The position numbers were made by a program, and so were the translations under genes. The notes below the pieces were generated by a model. It saw nothing but the letters and a program-made list of their open reading frames with translations. It did not search any database and was not told the DNA's origin. Shown here one piece after another: positions 26,645 to 34,803 of a DNA stretch of 64,000 nucleotides. This stretch comes from a virus. The first letter of the stretch is position 1, and every line of letters begins with the position of its first letter. Location of the stretch: IMG/VR virus record IMGVR_UViG_3300010234_000004, positions 1 to 64,000 of that record. One strand, written 5' to 3'.

Positions 26645-27781
26645 ATGGCTAAAAAAGTGAAAAATGCCAAGTTCCGACGCAAGTCTGGATTCGCTGGTGC
26701 GCCAACCGATAAAGGTTGGCACTATTTCTACGAGTACGTTCGCTTGTACGTTGATCGTAAGGATATTATGGCCAAGGTTAAGGGCTATATAAAAACGACA
26801 TACAAGGCCAAGGAGCGTAAATTGCTTCTTGGGGCAACGGACACCGTTTACGGAACGTCTTACGCTCTAGCAGCCGCTCTCGCGTTCAATGAGGCCGGTT
26901 TCGCCATGCCTAAAGGGTGGAATTACGATACCCTGTTGGAATTAAAGATCGGAGAGATTAAGCGTCGTGCCATCAAGCGGTTTGCTGAAAAGGAAGACGC
27001 CGAAGAGGATAAACCAAAGGTCAAGAAAACTCCAGCCGCAGCTCAGCGTGCGATTGCTGATGAATTGATCGGAGAGGTTGAGGCTCAAGTGGATTTATTC
27101 TTTACCAATGATCTGAAAACCAAGTTCAGTATGTTTGAGTTTTTGGCAAAGCATAACGTGTCGGCTCCCACCGCCACCATGATCAGGAACAGCTATTTGA
27201 GGTTGCAGGCTGAACTGGATGAGTTGGTTAACCTGCCCATCAAAGCTAAACAGAATGCGATGCAGAAACAACTGGCCGAGGGATACGCGGAGTACAATGC
27301 CTCAGACAAGCGCAAGCTGGCAAAGTTTGTTACTACTTTGGTCGATGAGTGTGAAGCGTTGGCCATGACTAAAAAGGCTCAGCGGAAACCCCGTAAGGTC
27401 AAGGCCAAATCTGCTGACAAGATCGTTAGCAAGATCGTGTATATGAAAGACTCCCCCGAATTCAAAATTGCGTCGGTCGATCCGACATCTTTGGTGGGCG
27501 CAAAAAGGGTCTATTTGTTCAACACTAAATATAGAGTGTTGACTGAATTGGTTGCATCAAAGGAGGCTGGATTGACGATCAGGGGCACAAGCCTATATGA
27601 TTATGATGACAAGTTGAGTCGTGCCACCAAGCTTAGGAAGCCTCTAGAGTTTCTTCCGATGGTATTGAGTCGAACGCCAATACAGCTTGATAAGGAATGG
27701 AAGAAGCTGACCACAAAATCGACAAAGTTTAGTGGTAGGATAAGTAGTGATGTGATCATAATGAAAGTGAGTAATAAATGA
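26645..27781 (+). CDS. Conserved T4-like hypothetical protein upstream of gene 33
   Basis: QL.EGY, FNTKYR.L, KLRKP and GRI motifs; synteny. Confidence 0.75.
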   Translation: MAKKVKNAKFRRKSGFAGAPTDKGWHYFYEYVRLYVDRKDIMAKVKGYIKTTYKAKERKLLLGATDTVYGTSYALAAALAFNEAGFAMPKGWNYDTLLELKIGEIKRRAIKRFAEKEDAEEDKPKVKKTPAAAQRAIADELIGEVEAQVDLFFTNDLKTKFSMFEFLAKHNVSAPTATMIRNSYLRLQAELDELVNLPIKAKQNAMQKQLAEGYAEYNASDKRKLAKFVTTLVDECEALAMTKKAQRKPRKVKAKSADKIVSKIVYMKDSPEFKIASVDPTSLVGAKRVYLFNTKYRVLTELVASKEAGLTIRGTSLYDYDDKLSRATKLRKPLEFLPMVLSRTPIQLDKEWKKLTTKSTKFSGRISSDVIIMKVSNK

Positions 27782-28011
27782 AGCCAGATGAAATTATGAT
27801 GAATACTAGTAAATTCACCACGTTGGTGGAAAACGCAGTGATCAGTTGCAACCTGAGTTATATAGATGCGGTAGTACACGTGTGTGAGATGATCGACAGC
27901 GATCCAGAGGATGTCAAGAAGTGGATATCCAGACCAATCAAGTCCAAGCTGGAATCTGAAGCCATGGACTTAAACTACCTCGAACGTCAACAAAAATTGA
28001 CATTCGAGTAA
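27778..28011 (+). CDS. 33: Late transcription co-activator gp33
   Basis: YIDAV..CE....PE....IS.PIK.KLE.EA..LNYL. Confidence 0.85.
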   Translation: MKPDEIMMNTSKFTTLVENAVISCNLSYIDAVVHVCEMIDSDPEDVKKWISRPIKSKLESEAMDLNYLERQQKLTFE

Positions 28012-28019
28012 AAAAAGGG

Positions 28020-28048
28020 TTGTAGTTCACTATGGTGTGTGCTATAAT
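28020..28048 (+). promoter_or_regulatory. Sigma70-type promoter
   Basis: TTGTAG-17 nt-TATAAT with extended TG. Confidence 0.6.
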
Positions 28049-28075
28049 ATCAAACCACTACGAAAGGATTATATT

Positions 28076-28309
28076 ATGAGTGACTTGAAATGGAAAACTG
28101 ATATCGAATTGGTTGATGTGATTCAGAGTAATCAGGCTTATATTATGAAAATTGAAGGAGAGAAAGAAAAGTTGCATATGAAAATTCGCGACATTGACGC
28201 GTCTATCAATGCAGTGTCTCAACGTTCTGAATGGGCTATTAAATATCTTAGTCGTGAAGAACAGCCTGCTTATCTTAAAACACGTCATGACCCTATGCGT
28301 AGTGAATAA
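28076..28309 (+). CDS. Hypothetical coiled-coil protein
   Basis: AAGGA SD. Confidence 0.65.
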   Translation: MSDLKWKTDIELVDVIQSNQAYIMKIEGEKEKLHMKIRDIDASINAVSQRSEWAIKYLSREEQPAYLKTRHDPMRSE

Positions 28310-28332
28310 ACAAGGAACAGAGGAAATACCAA

Positions 28333-29229
28333 ATGGCATTTAAACGAAGAGCAAAGGTCGACCTGAGCAAGTTGGTTCAGGCAGCAAAGGCAGATACGAA
28401 ATCCTATGCGGATGATCGATTCTGGAAACTGAAGCGTGATGACGCGGGTAACGGCAGTGCGCTGATCCGCTTTCTTCCATCAGTGGAAGAACACCCAATT
28501 CCATGGGCATCTTTTAAGGAATATGCATTCCAAGGTCCAACAAAACGTTACTACATTGAGAAATCTTTGGAGTCTATTGGACAACCTGATCCGGTGCAGG
28601 AACGGTTCTGGCAACTTTGGGATGAAGGTGAAGAGGAAGAGGCTAAAAAACTCTCTCGTCGTGAATATAACGTATCCAACATTCTGGTCGTTGAGGATGA
28701 ACTGAACCCGCAAAACGTCGGCAAGGTTTTCCTTTTCAAGTATGGTAAACAGATTTTTGATATGATCAAAAAGGCCATGGACCCTGAATTCAAGGATAAA
28801 ACAAAGCTTGATCCATTTGATGTGGATGATGGTCCTGATTTTCGTATCCGTCTGACAGCCCGTGGAAAGCGTCCACCAACATATGAAGATAGTGAATGGA
28901 CGGCACCGCGATCAATTGGGGACGAAGCGTTTATTGAGAAAATCGATGAACAGCTTTACGACCTATCAGAATTTACTGATCCATCAACGTACAAATCTTA
29001 CCAAGAATTGTCCGACAAACTGGCTGAAGTTCTGGTCTTGAATAAGACACCACCAAAGTCGAAGGAACCAACTCAGGACTCGGTTGACATGTTCTCTAAG
29101 CCAGAACCAAAAGTTGAGACCATTGATACGGATTTCATCCCCGATTTTGACAAACCGTCAGAGGAGGCGAAGCCACCAGCGAGTGAGGGTAAGGATGATC
29201 TGATGGCTTTGTTCGAGAAGGCATTCTAG
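28333..29229 (+). CDS. 32: Single-stranded DNA-binding protein gp32
   Basis: DDRFWK...GNG.ALIRFLP, GKVFLFKYGK.IFD, DPFD and an acidic tail. Confidence 0.95.
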   Translation: MAFKRRAKVDLSKLVQAAKADTKSYADDRFWKLKRDDAGNGSALIRFLPSVEEHPIPWASFKEYAFQGPTKRYYIEKSLESIGQPDPVQERFWQLWDEGEEEEAKKLSRREYNVSNILVVEDELNPQNVGKVFLFKYGKQIFDMIKKAMDPEFKDKTKLDPFDVDDGPDFRIRLTARGKRPPTYEDSEWTAPRSIGDEAFIEKIDEQLYDLSEFTDPSTYKSYQELSDKLAEVLVLNKTPPKSKEPTQDSVDMFSKPEPKVETIDTDFIPDFDKPSEEAKPPASEGKDDLMALFEKAF

Positions 29230-29230
29230 T

Positions 29231-29359
29231 ATGCATTTTATGTGGACATTTGAGGGCGTGGTGCAAGCCACGTTCCTCGCCGTAATAGCCGTAATTTTGC
29301 TTGTATCCGTGGGCCTCAGATGGTGGGATGAAAAGCAAAAAGAAAAGGGGAAAGAATAA
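29231..29359 (+). CDS. Small single-TM peptide (42 aa)
   Basis: Manual translation MHFMWTFEGVVQATFLAVIAVILLVSVGLRWW... Confidence 0.45.
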   Translation: MHFMWTFEGVVQATFLAVIAVILLVSVGLRWWDEKQKEKGKE

Positions 29360-29382
29360 CATTCCGATTCCCTAAAAAGATT

Positions 29383-29463
29383 TACCGACCCCCTTTTTTC
29401 TTTTTTTTTCAGGGGTCGGTATAGGGGGGTCATGATCTCCGTGGTAATACTACATGACCCCCC
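29383..29463. other. Two adjacent GC-rich inverted repeats
   Basis: TACCGACCCC/GGGGTCGGTA (10 bp) and GGGGGGTCATG/CATGACCCCCC (11 bp). Confidence 0.8.
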
Positions 29464-29563
29464 ACCTTACGAATTTAGCTAAACCTACTACTTTAGGGGC
29501 TTACATTCTTCTCAAAAGTGTGTTAGATTAATCTCAGGACAATAGATACAACGGAGATAAAAA

Positions 29564-29761
29564 ATGAAAACCGTGAAAGCCAAAACGCCGGTTGAACTGA
29601 CCGCCAAAATTTACAAGCTGCACGGTTGGGTTCGTCAATACGGTGAAAGCCAAGCGTTGCGGATTAAGCAGTATTACACGCTGTCAATCGATCTGAAAAA
29701 CAACTGGTATGTTGCCGCACCGAAAACCGCAATTGGCCCGACAGCGCCATACAACAAATAG
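29564..29761 (+). CDS. Hypothetical early protein
   Basis: GGAGA SD. Confidence 0.7.
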   Translation: MKTVKAKTPVELTAKIYKLHGWVRQYGESQALRIKQYYTLSIDLKNNWYVAAPKTAIGPTAPYNK

Positions 29762-29772
29762 GGAAGTTTGAT

Positions 29773-30861
29773 ATGCGAGATATGGATGGCCGGAATGTAA
29801 AAATTGGTATACTGGGATTAGGTGGAGTCGGCGTCGTAGCCGCAAACCTACTCCATGATTTGGGATATGACGTGGTTGGTTTCGACGTTGATCCAAACTT
29901 GGAGGGGAATAAGAATTTTGAAACCTTTTGTGTATCCGTGACTCCGGAGGAAATCGAAAAGGTCGGGGTGGATGCAGTTCTTTCATGCCTGCCATATCAC
30001 CTGAATATTGATATTATTGAATGGTGTGCTGAAACAGGTGTGCATTATTTCGATCTGACTGAGGATGTGACCACTACGAAATTCGCTCAGGAATCAGCAA
30101 CAGACAAATCTGCTATCGTTCCACAGTGCGGACTCGCCCCAGGTTTGGTCAACATTGTGGCCGCAAACATGATCAGGGAATATCCCGAATCAGAGTGGAA
30201 AAACCTAGCAGTTGAAATGTCTGTGGGCGCATTGCCTCAAAGCAACACTAGCAACTCACTTGGCTATGCCGTCAATTGGTCGCCTCAAGGTTTAATAAAC
30301 GAGTACCTTAATAAAGGTTGGGCCATTCTTAACGGAGAGGTTATAAAAACTCATCCGCTAGGAGGGTATGAAACGCTGTTTGCACCGTATTGGCCGGACA
30401 TGGAAATGTTTAACACGTCCGGTGGTATTGGGACAATGTATGAATCATTCAAGAATATGAATGAATTGACGTATCGAACATTGCGTTATGATGGCCACTG
30501 GAATCTGTTGAGGTTCATGATCGAAGAGGCCAAAATGGACTTCGATACCTTAATAGACACGTTCATGGCCGCTTGCCCTGCTGATAAAAATGATGTTGTG
30601 TATATGCTGGTCAAGTGTAAACACTGGACAAGGGGACATTCAACCACTAAATCATTCAAGCGTAGGTGGTTCCCACTTCGCACGGGTGGTGGGGATCGAA
30701 CTGCCATTACATGGACTACCGCACACTCTGCCGTTGCCGCCGTTGATATTGTTCTGAAGAACGACATAAAGGGGTTTGTAAAACAGGAGGATTTGTGTTA
30801 CAATGAGTTTTCGAACCACCCTTTGGTGGGGCCATTGCTAGGGTATAATGAAGATGGATAG
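29773..30861 (+). CDS. Saccharopine dehydrogenase-family oxidoreductase
   Basis: GLGGVG Rossmann motif, HYFDLTED, CGLAPG, VGALP, NWS..GLINEY and YRTLRY.GH. Confidence 0.85.
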   Translation: MRDMDGRNVKIGILGLGGVGVVAANLLHDLGYDVVGFDVDPNLEGNKNFETFCVSVTPEEIEKVGVDAVLSCLPYHLNIDIIEWCAETGVHYFDLTEDVTTTKFAQESATDKSAIVPQCGLAPGLVNIVAANMIREYPESEWKNLAVEMSVGALPQSNTSNSLGYAVNWSPQGLINEYLNKGWAILNGEVIKTHPLGGYETLFAPYWPDMEMFNTSGGIGTMYESFKNMNELTYRTLRYDGHWNLLRFMIEEAKMDFDTLIDTFMAACPADKNDVVYMLVKCKHWTRGHSTTKSFKRRWFPLRTGGGDRTAITWTTAHSAVAAVDIVLKNDIKGFVKQEDLCYNEFSNHPLVGPLLGYNEDG

Positions 30862-31009
30862 ATCAGAACGCAGAGTTAGGGCTTTTGAAGACCTCAAATG
30901 GGCTGCACGGTGCCATCTGAAAGGCGAGAACATGGATGACCTATTCCGATCCGCGCTGGCTGAATTTGACTCTCTCCATCGGGAAGCAATGGAGGAGCCT
31001 GAGACGTGA
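30854..31009 (+). CDS. Small hypothetical protein (51 aa)
   Basis: Manual translation MDRSERRV...EEPET*; coupled to neighbours. Confidence 0.55.
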   Translation: MDRSERRVRAFEDLKWAARCHLKGENMDDLFRSALAEFDSLHREAMEEPET

Positions 31010-31233
31010 AGCCATTCTTCCCTGGATATATGTTCGCTCACGCTGTCGGCCCAAGTGTGAAGTTTTTTGCACTCTGGCCGCGCAAGGCTTGGAACGGCAA
31101 ATGGATTTGGTTTCGCAAAGCTTGGCGTCAAACGATGGTGGTTCACGGATACCTTCAGGGGGCTGGCGACTCTTTCTTCGTTTATTCCACTGACTACACG
31201 AAGGAGCATAAGAATGGACAATCAACGACGTAG
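31006..31233 (+). CDS. Small hypothetical protein
   Basis: GGAGGAG SD; GTGA overlap. Confidence 0.65.
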   Translation: MKPFFPGYMFAHAVGPSVKFFALWPRKAWNGKWIWFRKAWRQTMVVHGYLQGAGDSFFVYSTDYTKEHKNGQSTT

Positions 31234-31405
31234 ACAAATATTCCAAGGTGCAGGTTTTTTTTGGTTTCTTGAGACTTCATGGTATTACGTAAACCCGAAA
31301 GGTTGGAGGGAGATGGTCAAATTCGCGCAGGATTTTCCCAGCGTTTGGAGGAGTTATCAATCCGCAATGACCTACGACAAAAAGGAGCCTACAGATGGAA
31401 GTTAG
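31214..31405 (+). CDS. Small hypothetical protein
   Basis: AAGGAG SD. Confidence 0.65.
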   Translation: MDNQRRRQIFQGAGFFWFLETSWYYVNPKGWREMVKFAQDFPSVWRSYQSAMTYDKKEPTDGS

Positions 31406-31586
31406 AACCCTTGAAGAAATCAAAACAGACATTCAGCAGCAGCTAGATGATATTTGCGAATATATGTGCAGCCGTGGTGACACCGTACACTTGCGCGGCG
31501 ATGTGCGGCGCAGCGCGCGAGGGTATCTCCATGCGTTGAGTGCCAAAGGTTGGAAGGTCACCAAAAAGGAGCCTTCAGATGGCTAG
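31395..31586 (+). CDS. Small hypothetical protein
   Basis: AAGGAG SD. Confidence 0.65.
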   Translation: MEVRTLEEIKTDIQQQLDDICEYMCSRGDTVHLRGDVRRSARGYLHALSAKGWKVTKKEPSDG

Positions 31587-31800
31587 CTATCGGTTCCATA
31601 GGATGGGCAAGTTTCACGACTTGAACCGGAAAGACGGTTACATGATTTCATTTACTAAGCCGGTCGGGTTTTTAACGCTTGCGGTGCGCCCTAGTATCCG
31701 TTTCGCTTTCGTTAACTTGGGTTGGAAATGGCGGCTCTACGTGGGGCCTTTTGAAATCGAAAGCTACTACAATCAGGAGCCTTCTGATGCCGACCTATAA
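31579..31800 (+). CDS. Small hypothetical protein
   Basis: AAGGAG SD. Confidence 0.65.
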   Translation: MASYRFHRMGKFHDLNRKDGYMISFTKPVGFLTLAVRPSIRFAFVNLGWKWRLYVGPFEIESYYNQEPSDADL

Positions 31801-31984
31801 CGCTAATTATTCTCTTGGCATTCAAAAGATGCCAGAAGGCTACGATTTAATGCTGGCTGACGACACTCATTATTTTTGGGTGGAACGTGCCACGGAGCGC
31901 GAAAGCTCCTTTCATTGGGATAAGTGGGCTGTGTATCGCGGGGCAAAAAAAGACGCGCTGAAAAAGGAGGGTTCAGATGGCTGA
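31787..31984 (+). CDS. Small hypothetical protein
   Basis: AGGAG SD. Confidence 0.65.
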   Translation: MPTYNANYSLGIQKMPEGYDLMLADDTHYFWVERATERESSFHWDKWAVYRGAKKDALKKEGSDG

Positions 31985-32069
31985 AATTACACTGATTGAA
32001 ATTCCGTTAGCATTATTTGTTTTCGCCGGAATATTGGTTTTTGTGCTGACCAGATCAGACCACATATAA
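31977..32069 (+). CDS. 30-aa single-TM peptide
   Basis: AAGGAGG SD; MAEITLIEIPLALFVFAGILVFVLTRSDHI*. Confidence 0.55.
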   Translation: MAEITLIEIPLALFVFAGILVFVLTRSDHI

Positions 32070-32076
32070 TGGCCTC

Positions 32077-32565
32077 CTACTTCCTCTTCCTCTTTGGTTT
32101 GGATAGAGGCTTCAAGCGCTTACGCGAGGCCTTCATGATACCCATCGCATTGAGGGTATGTTCGGTCCAAACAACAAATTCCCATCCACGCTTACTAGCG
32201 TATTTTGATGCGGCTTCCCATTTCTGTTGATTCTTTATGAACGTCGTGGCTTCGGTTATGTACCGTTTGGTCTTTCGGCCTTTGAATTCTGGCTTCTTGG
32301 TTTCTTTATCAGGCTTGATTTCGATTAGTAACGTTTTGTCCTCAAATTCTATCAAGAGGTCGCAGAAATAGCGGTGCCATCGCTTATCAACATCCCAAAA
32401 ATATGGTACGACAACATCCTCACTTGACCAGCGTTTTACTGCGGTATTAGTGTCACACCACTTGAATGCGTGCCGTTCCCATGATGAACGATAGATTATA
32501 TCACCCTTTCCGGTATATTTCGCTGGATTTTTGGGTTTAAATACCCCTTGTTTGTATTTTGCCAT
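32077..32565 (-). CDS. 4: Head completion nuclease gp4
   Basis: PKNP.KY.G, YRSSWE, WSSE, HRYF.D, IEIKP and KW.AA. Confidence 0.9.
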   Translation of the reverse strand: MAKYKQGVFKPKNPAKYTGKGDIIYRSSWERHAFKWCDTNTAVKRWSSEDVVVPYFWDVDKRWHRYFCDLLIEFEDKTLLIEIKPDKETKKPEFKGRKTKRYITEATTFIKNQQKWEAASKYASKRGWEFVVWTEHTLNAMGIMKASRKRLKPLSKPKRKRK

Positions 32566-32575
32566 TGGGAAACCG

Positions 32576-32606
32576 TATAAGTAGTGATAAGATACAATTA
32601 CTTATA
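32576..32606. promoter_or_regulatory. Late promoters for the divergent genes 48 and 4 (TATAAGTA + at 32576-83; - at 32599-606)
   Basis: Both octamers lie in the 51-bp gap between the genes. Confidence 0.7.
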
Positions 32607-32616
32607 GGGTACAGGC

Positions 32617-33363
32617 ATGAAATTTCCGGTAGATTTATCGCTAAACGATGATGCGTTTATACGATTCCAAATCGTGGATGCGTCTAGTGCTAATAGGAAT
32701 CCTGTCGGGGAGGCTATTGATATATATTTACCGCAGGGTATTCAAAAGTCGGATGCGATGACCTATGCCAACAACGACTTCAAGAAGTTGGGTTTAGCTG
32801 TTGAAATGGGGTCACGCGCTTGGAAAGACGGGAATTTAGATAGGGCTAAGGAACAGATTCAGAGGATTATTAGTGATGTGGCAGGTAATCCATATAGAGA
32901 AACCGCAGAGAAAGTGGTTCAGGTTCTGACTGATACGAAATCACAATCTTATATTACTAGACAATCCCTGAATCCAAACACCAAAGTGATGTTTGAGCGA
33001 GTGAACATTAGGACTTTCAATTTCAGCTTCAATTTTATACCAAACAGCAAGGCCGAAGCCGACACGATTCGGGAAATCATCAAAATGTTTAGGGTCAACA
33101 TGTATCCGGAAGTGAGTGATGAATTCAGTCTGTTCATGAAATACCCCCCACAATTCGAGATTACGGCATATCCGGCAGGCGATAAGACTGAAACTGAAAA
33201 TCATATTAAATGGCTTCCTGCTTATCTCACCTCATCACAACACAATTTCAATTCAACCGCTACAACGTACCATCAGGACGGTGCGCCAGTAGATAGCACT
33301 CTATCATTGACGTTCACTGAGAATGTGACTATGAGTAAGAAAGATGTCGAGGAAGGATTCTAA
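32617..33363 (+). CDS. 48: Baseplate tail-tube cap gp48
   Basis: NP....F....R.F.F.F...P....EA and L.F.E; synteny. Confidence 0.8.
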   Translation: MKFPVDLSLNDDAFIRFQIVDASSANRNPVGEAIDIYLPQGIQKSDAMTYANNDFKKLGLAVEMGSRAWKDGNLDRAKEQIQRIISDVAGNPYRETAEKVVQVLTDTKSQSYITRQSLNPNTKVMFERVNIRTFNFSFNFIPNSKAEADTIREIIKMFRVNMYPEVSDEFSLFMKYPPQFEITAYPAGDKTETENHIKWLPAYLTSSQHNFNSTATTYHQDGAPVDSTLSLTFTENVTMSKKDVEEGF

Positions 33364-33902
33364 TGTCAGTTCAATCAATTAACGAATTGCGTACAAGCCT
33401 TATAGGGAATGGCGGCATTCCCTTGGCCAACCGATTCTTTGTCGAGTTGCCCGCGATTGGTAGCGTTCAAATGCCTCAGATGAACATACTCTGCAAGGCC
33501 ATGAACATGCCAGGTAAGCAAATCACAACAGTTGATCGCATGATTAACGGCACTTTGGAAAAGGTGGCCTACGCTGCCTTGTGGGAAGAGGTTACGTTAA
33601 CATTCCACCCGCGAGGCGACTTTCTCGCTAAAAAGTATTTCGAAGAATGGCAGAATATGACCTTTGATATGACTGATGAAGGCGAGATATATCATAAGCC
33701 TAAATACAGGGAAGAATACGAGAAAGACGTATATCTCTATCAGGTGAATAAAGATGACGGCGAGGTGAGTTATGGGTGTAAACTCTTGAACTCATTTCCT
33801 ACGTCAATCAACTCTGTAGGATACAGTGACGACAACAAGCAACCCATCGAATTACAGGTGCAGCTAACATACAGACGCTGGGCCAATATGAACATAACAT
33901 AA
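33363..33902 (+). CDS. 54: Tail-tube initiator gp54 (gp19-like fold)
   Basis: NRF.V, LC....PG, FEEWQ, FPT and V...YR.W. Confidence 0.75.
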   Translation: MSVQSINELRTSLIGNGGIPLANRFFVELPAIGSVQMPQMNILCKAMNMPGKQITTVDRMINGTLEKVAYAALWEEVTLTFHPRGDFLAKKYFEEWQNMTFDMTDEGEIYHKPKYREEYEKDVYLYQVNKDDGEVSYGCKLLNSFPTSINSVGYSDDNKQPIELQVQLTYRRWANMNIT

Positions 33903-33912
33903 GGACAATATA

Positions 33913-34632
33913 ATGACTCTACCCACCTTGAATGACCTACCAAACCACGAAGTGAAGATACCATCGACCGGAAAAGTAGTAAAATTCCGGCCATTTCTGG
34001 TTAAAGAAGAAAAGGTGTTGATGACTGCATTCGAATCCAAGGACGATCCAAAGGTTGGTATGAAAGCTATTATGGACACGTTAGTCGCGTGTGATCAGTC
34101 AGGTGGTCTTGGTGATATCGCTGATCTTACTATATATGACGCTCAGTATATGTTTACCAAGTTGCGTGCGAGATCAATTGGCGAGGCCAGTGAAATGGTC
34201 GTAGCTTGTAAGAAATGTGAATTTAGTAACGATGTGGAAATCAATATTGACACGGTTGAAACTGAGGTCAAGCCTTCGAAGAAAACGATCAAACTGACCG
34301 ACCATGCCAGTATCGAAATAAGCCATCCGAAATACGTTAATACTATGAACGATGAGGTTGTGATGGATGGAGATGCAGCGGGCGAGGCGATGATTAATTT
34401 GGTGGCTAGTAATATCACCAGTGTCAAAACGCCAACTGAACGCTTTGATTTTTCCGAATATAGCGTGCAGGACAGAATGGCATTTGTCGAGAGCATGACA
34501 ACTGACCAGTTCAAAGTGTGCTGGGAGTTCTTAGACGATGCTCCGAAAATGTCATTTCCAGTGAAGTTCGTTTGTATGAGTTGCGGTGAGAAGAACGAAT
34601 TTATGATATCGGAGCAAGCTGATTTTTTTTAA
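33913..34632 (+). CDS. 26: Baseplate hub assembly protein (gp26-like)
   Basis: LP, FRPFLVKEEK.L, LRARSIGE, two CxxC and C-terminal DFF. Confidence 0.85.
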   Translation: MTLPTLNDLPNHEVKIPSTGKVVKFRPFLVKEEKVLMTAFESKDDPKVGMKAIMDTLVACDQSGGLGDIADLTIYDAQYMFTKLRARSIGEASEMVVACKKCEFSNDVEINIDTVETEVKPSKKTIKLTDHASIEISHPKYVNTMNDEVVMDGDAAGEAMINLVASNITSVKTPTERFDFSEYSVQDRMAFVESMTTDQFKVCWEFLDDAPKMSFPVKFVCMSCGEKNEFMISEQADFF

Positions 34633-34799
34633 TATGGTCAGGGGATACGCTCATTGATTATTATAGAACTCAATTTGCCTTGATGAAGCATGGGTTTTCC
34701 CTGACCGAATTGGAAATGATGATACCATTTGAGCGTGAAGTGTTCATAGCCTTAACAGCACACCACGTGGAAGAGCAAGAAAGGCGCAGCAAGGAATAA
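34623..34799 (+). CDS. 51: gp51-like hub assembly segment in the -1 frame, probably reached by frameshift
   Basis: LIDYYRTQFALMKHGFSLTELEMMIPFERE; no ATG before the conserved YY; TGA immediately upstream. Confidence 0.7.
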   Translation, partial: FFLIWSGDTLIDYYRTQFALMKHGFSLTELEMMIPFEREVFIALTAHHVEEQERRSKE

Positions 34800-34803
34800 T
34801 ATT

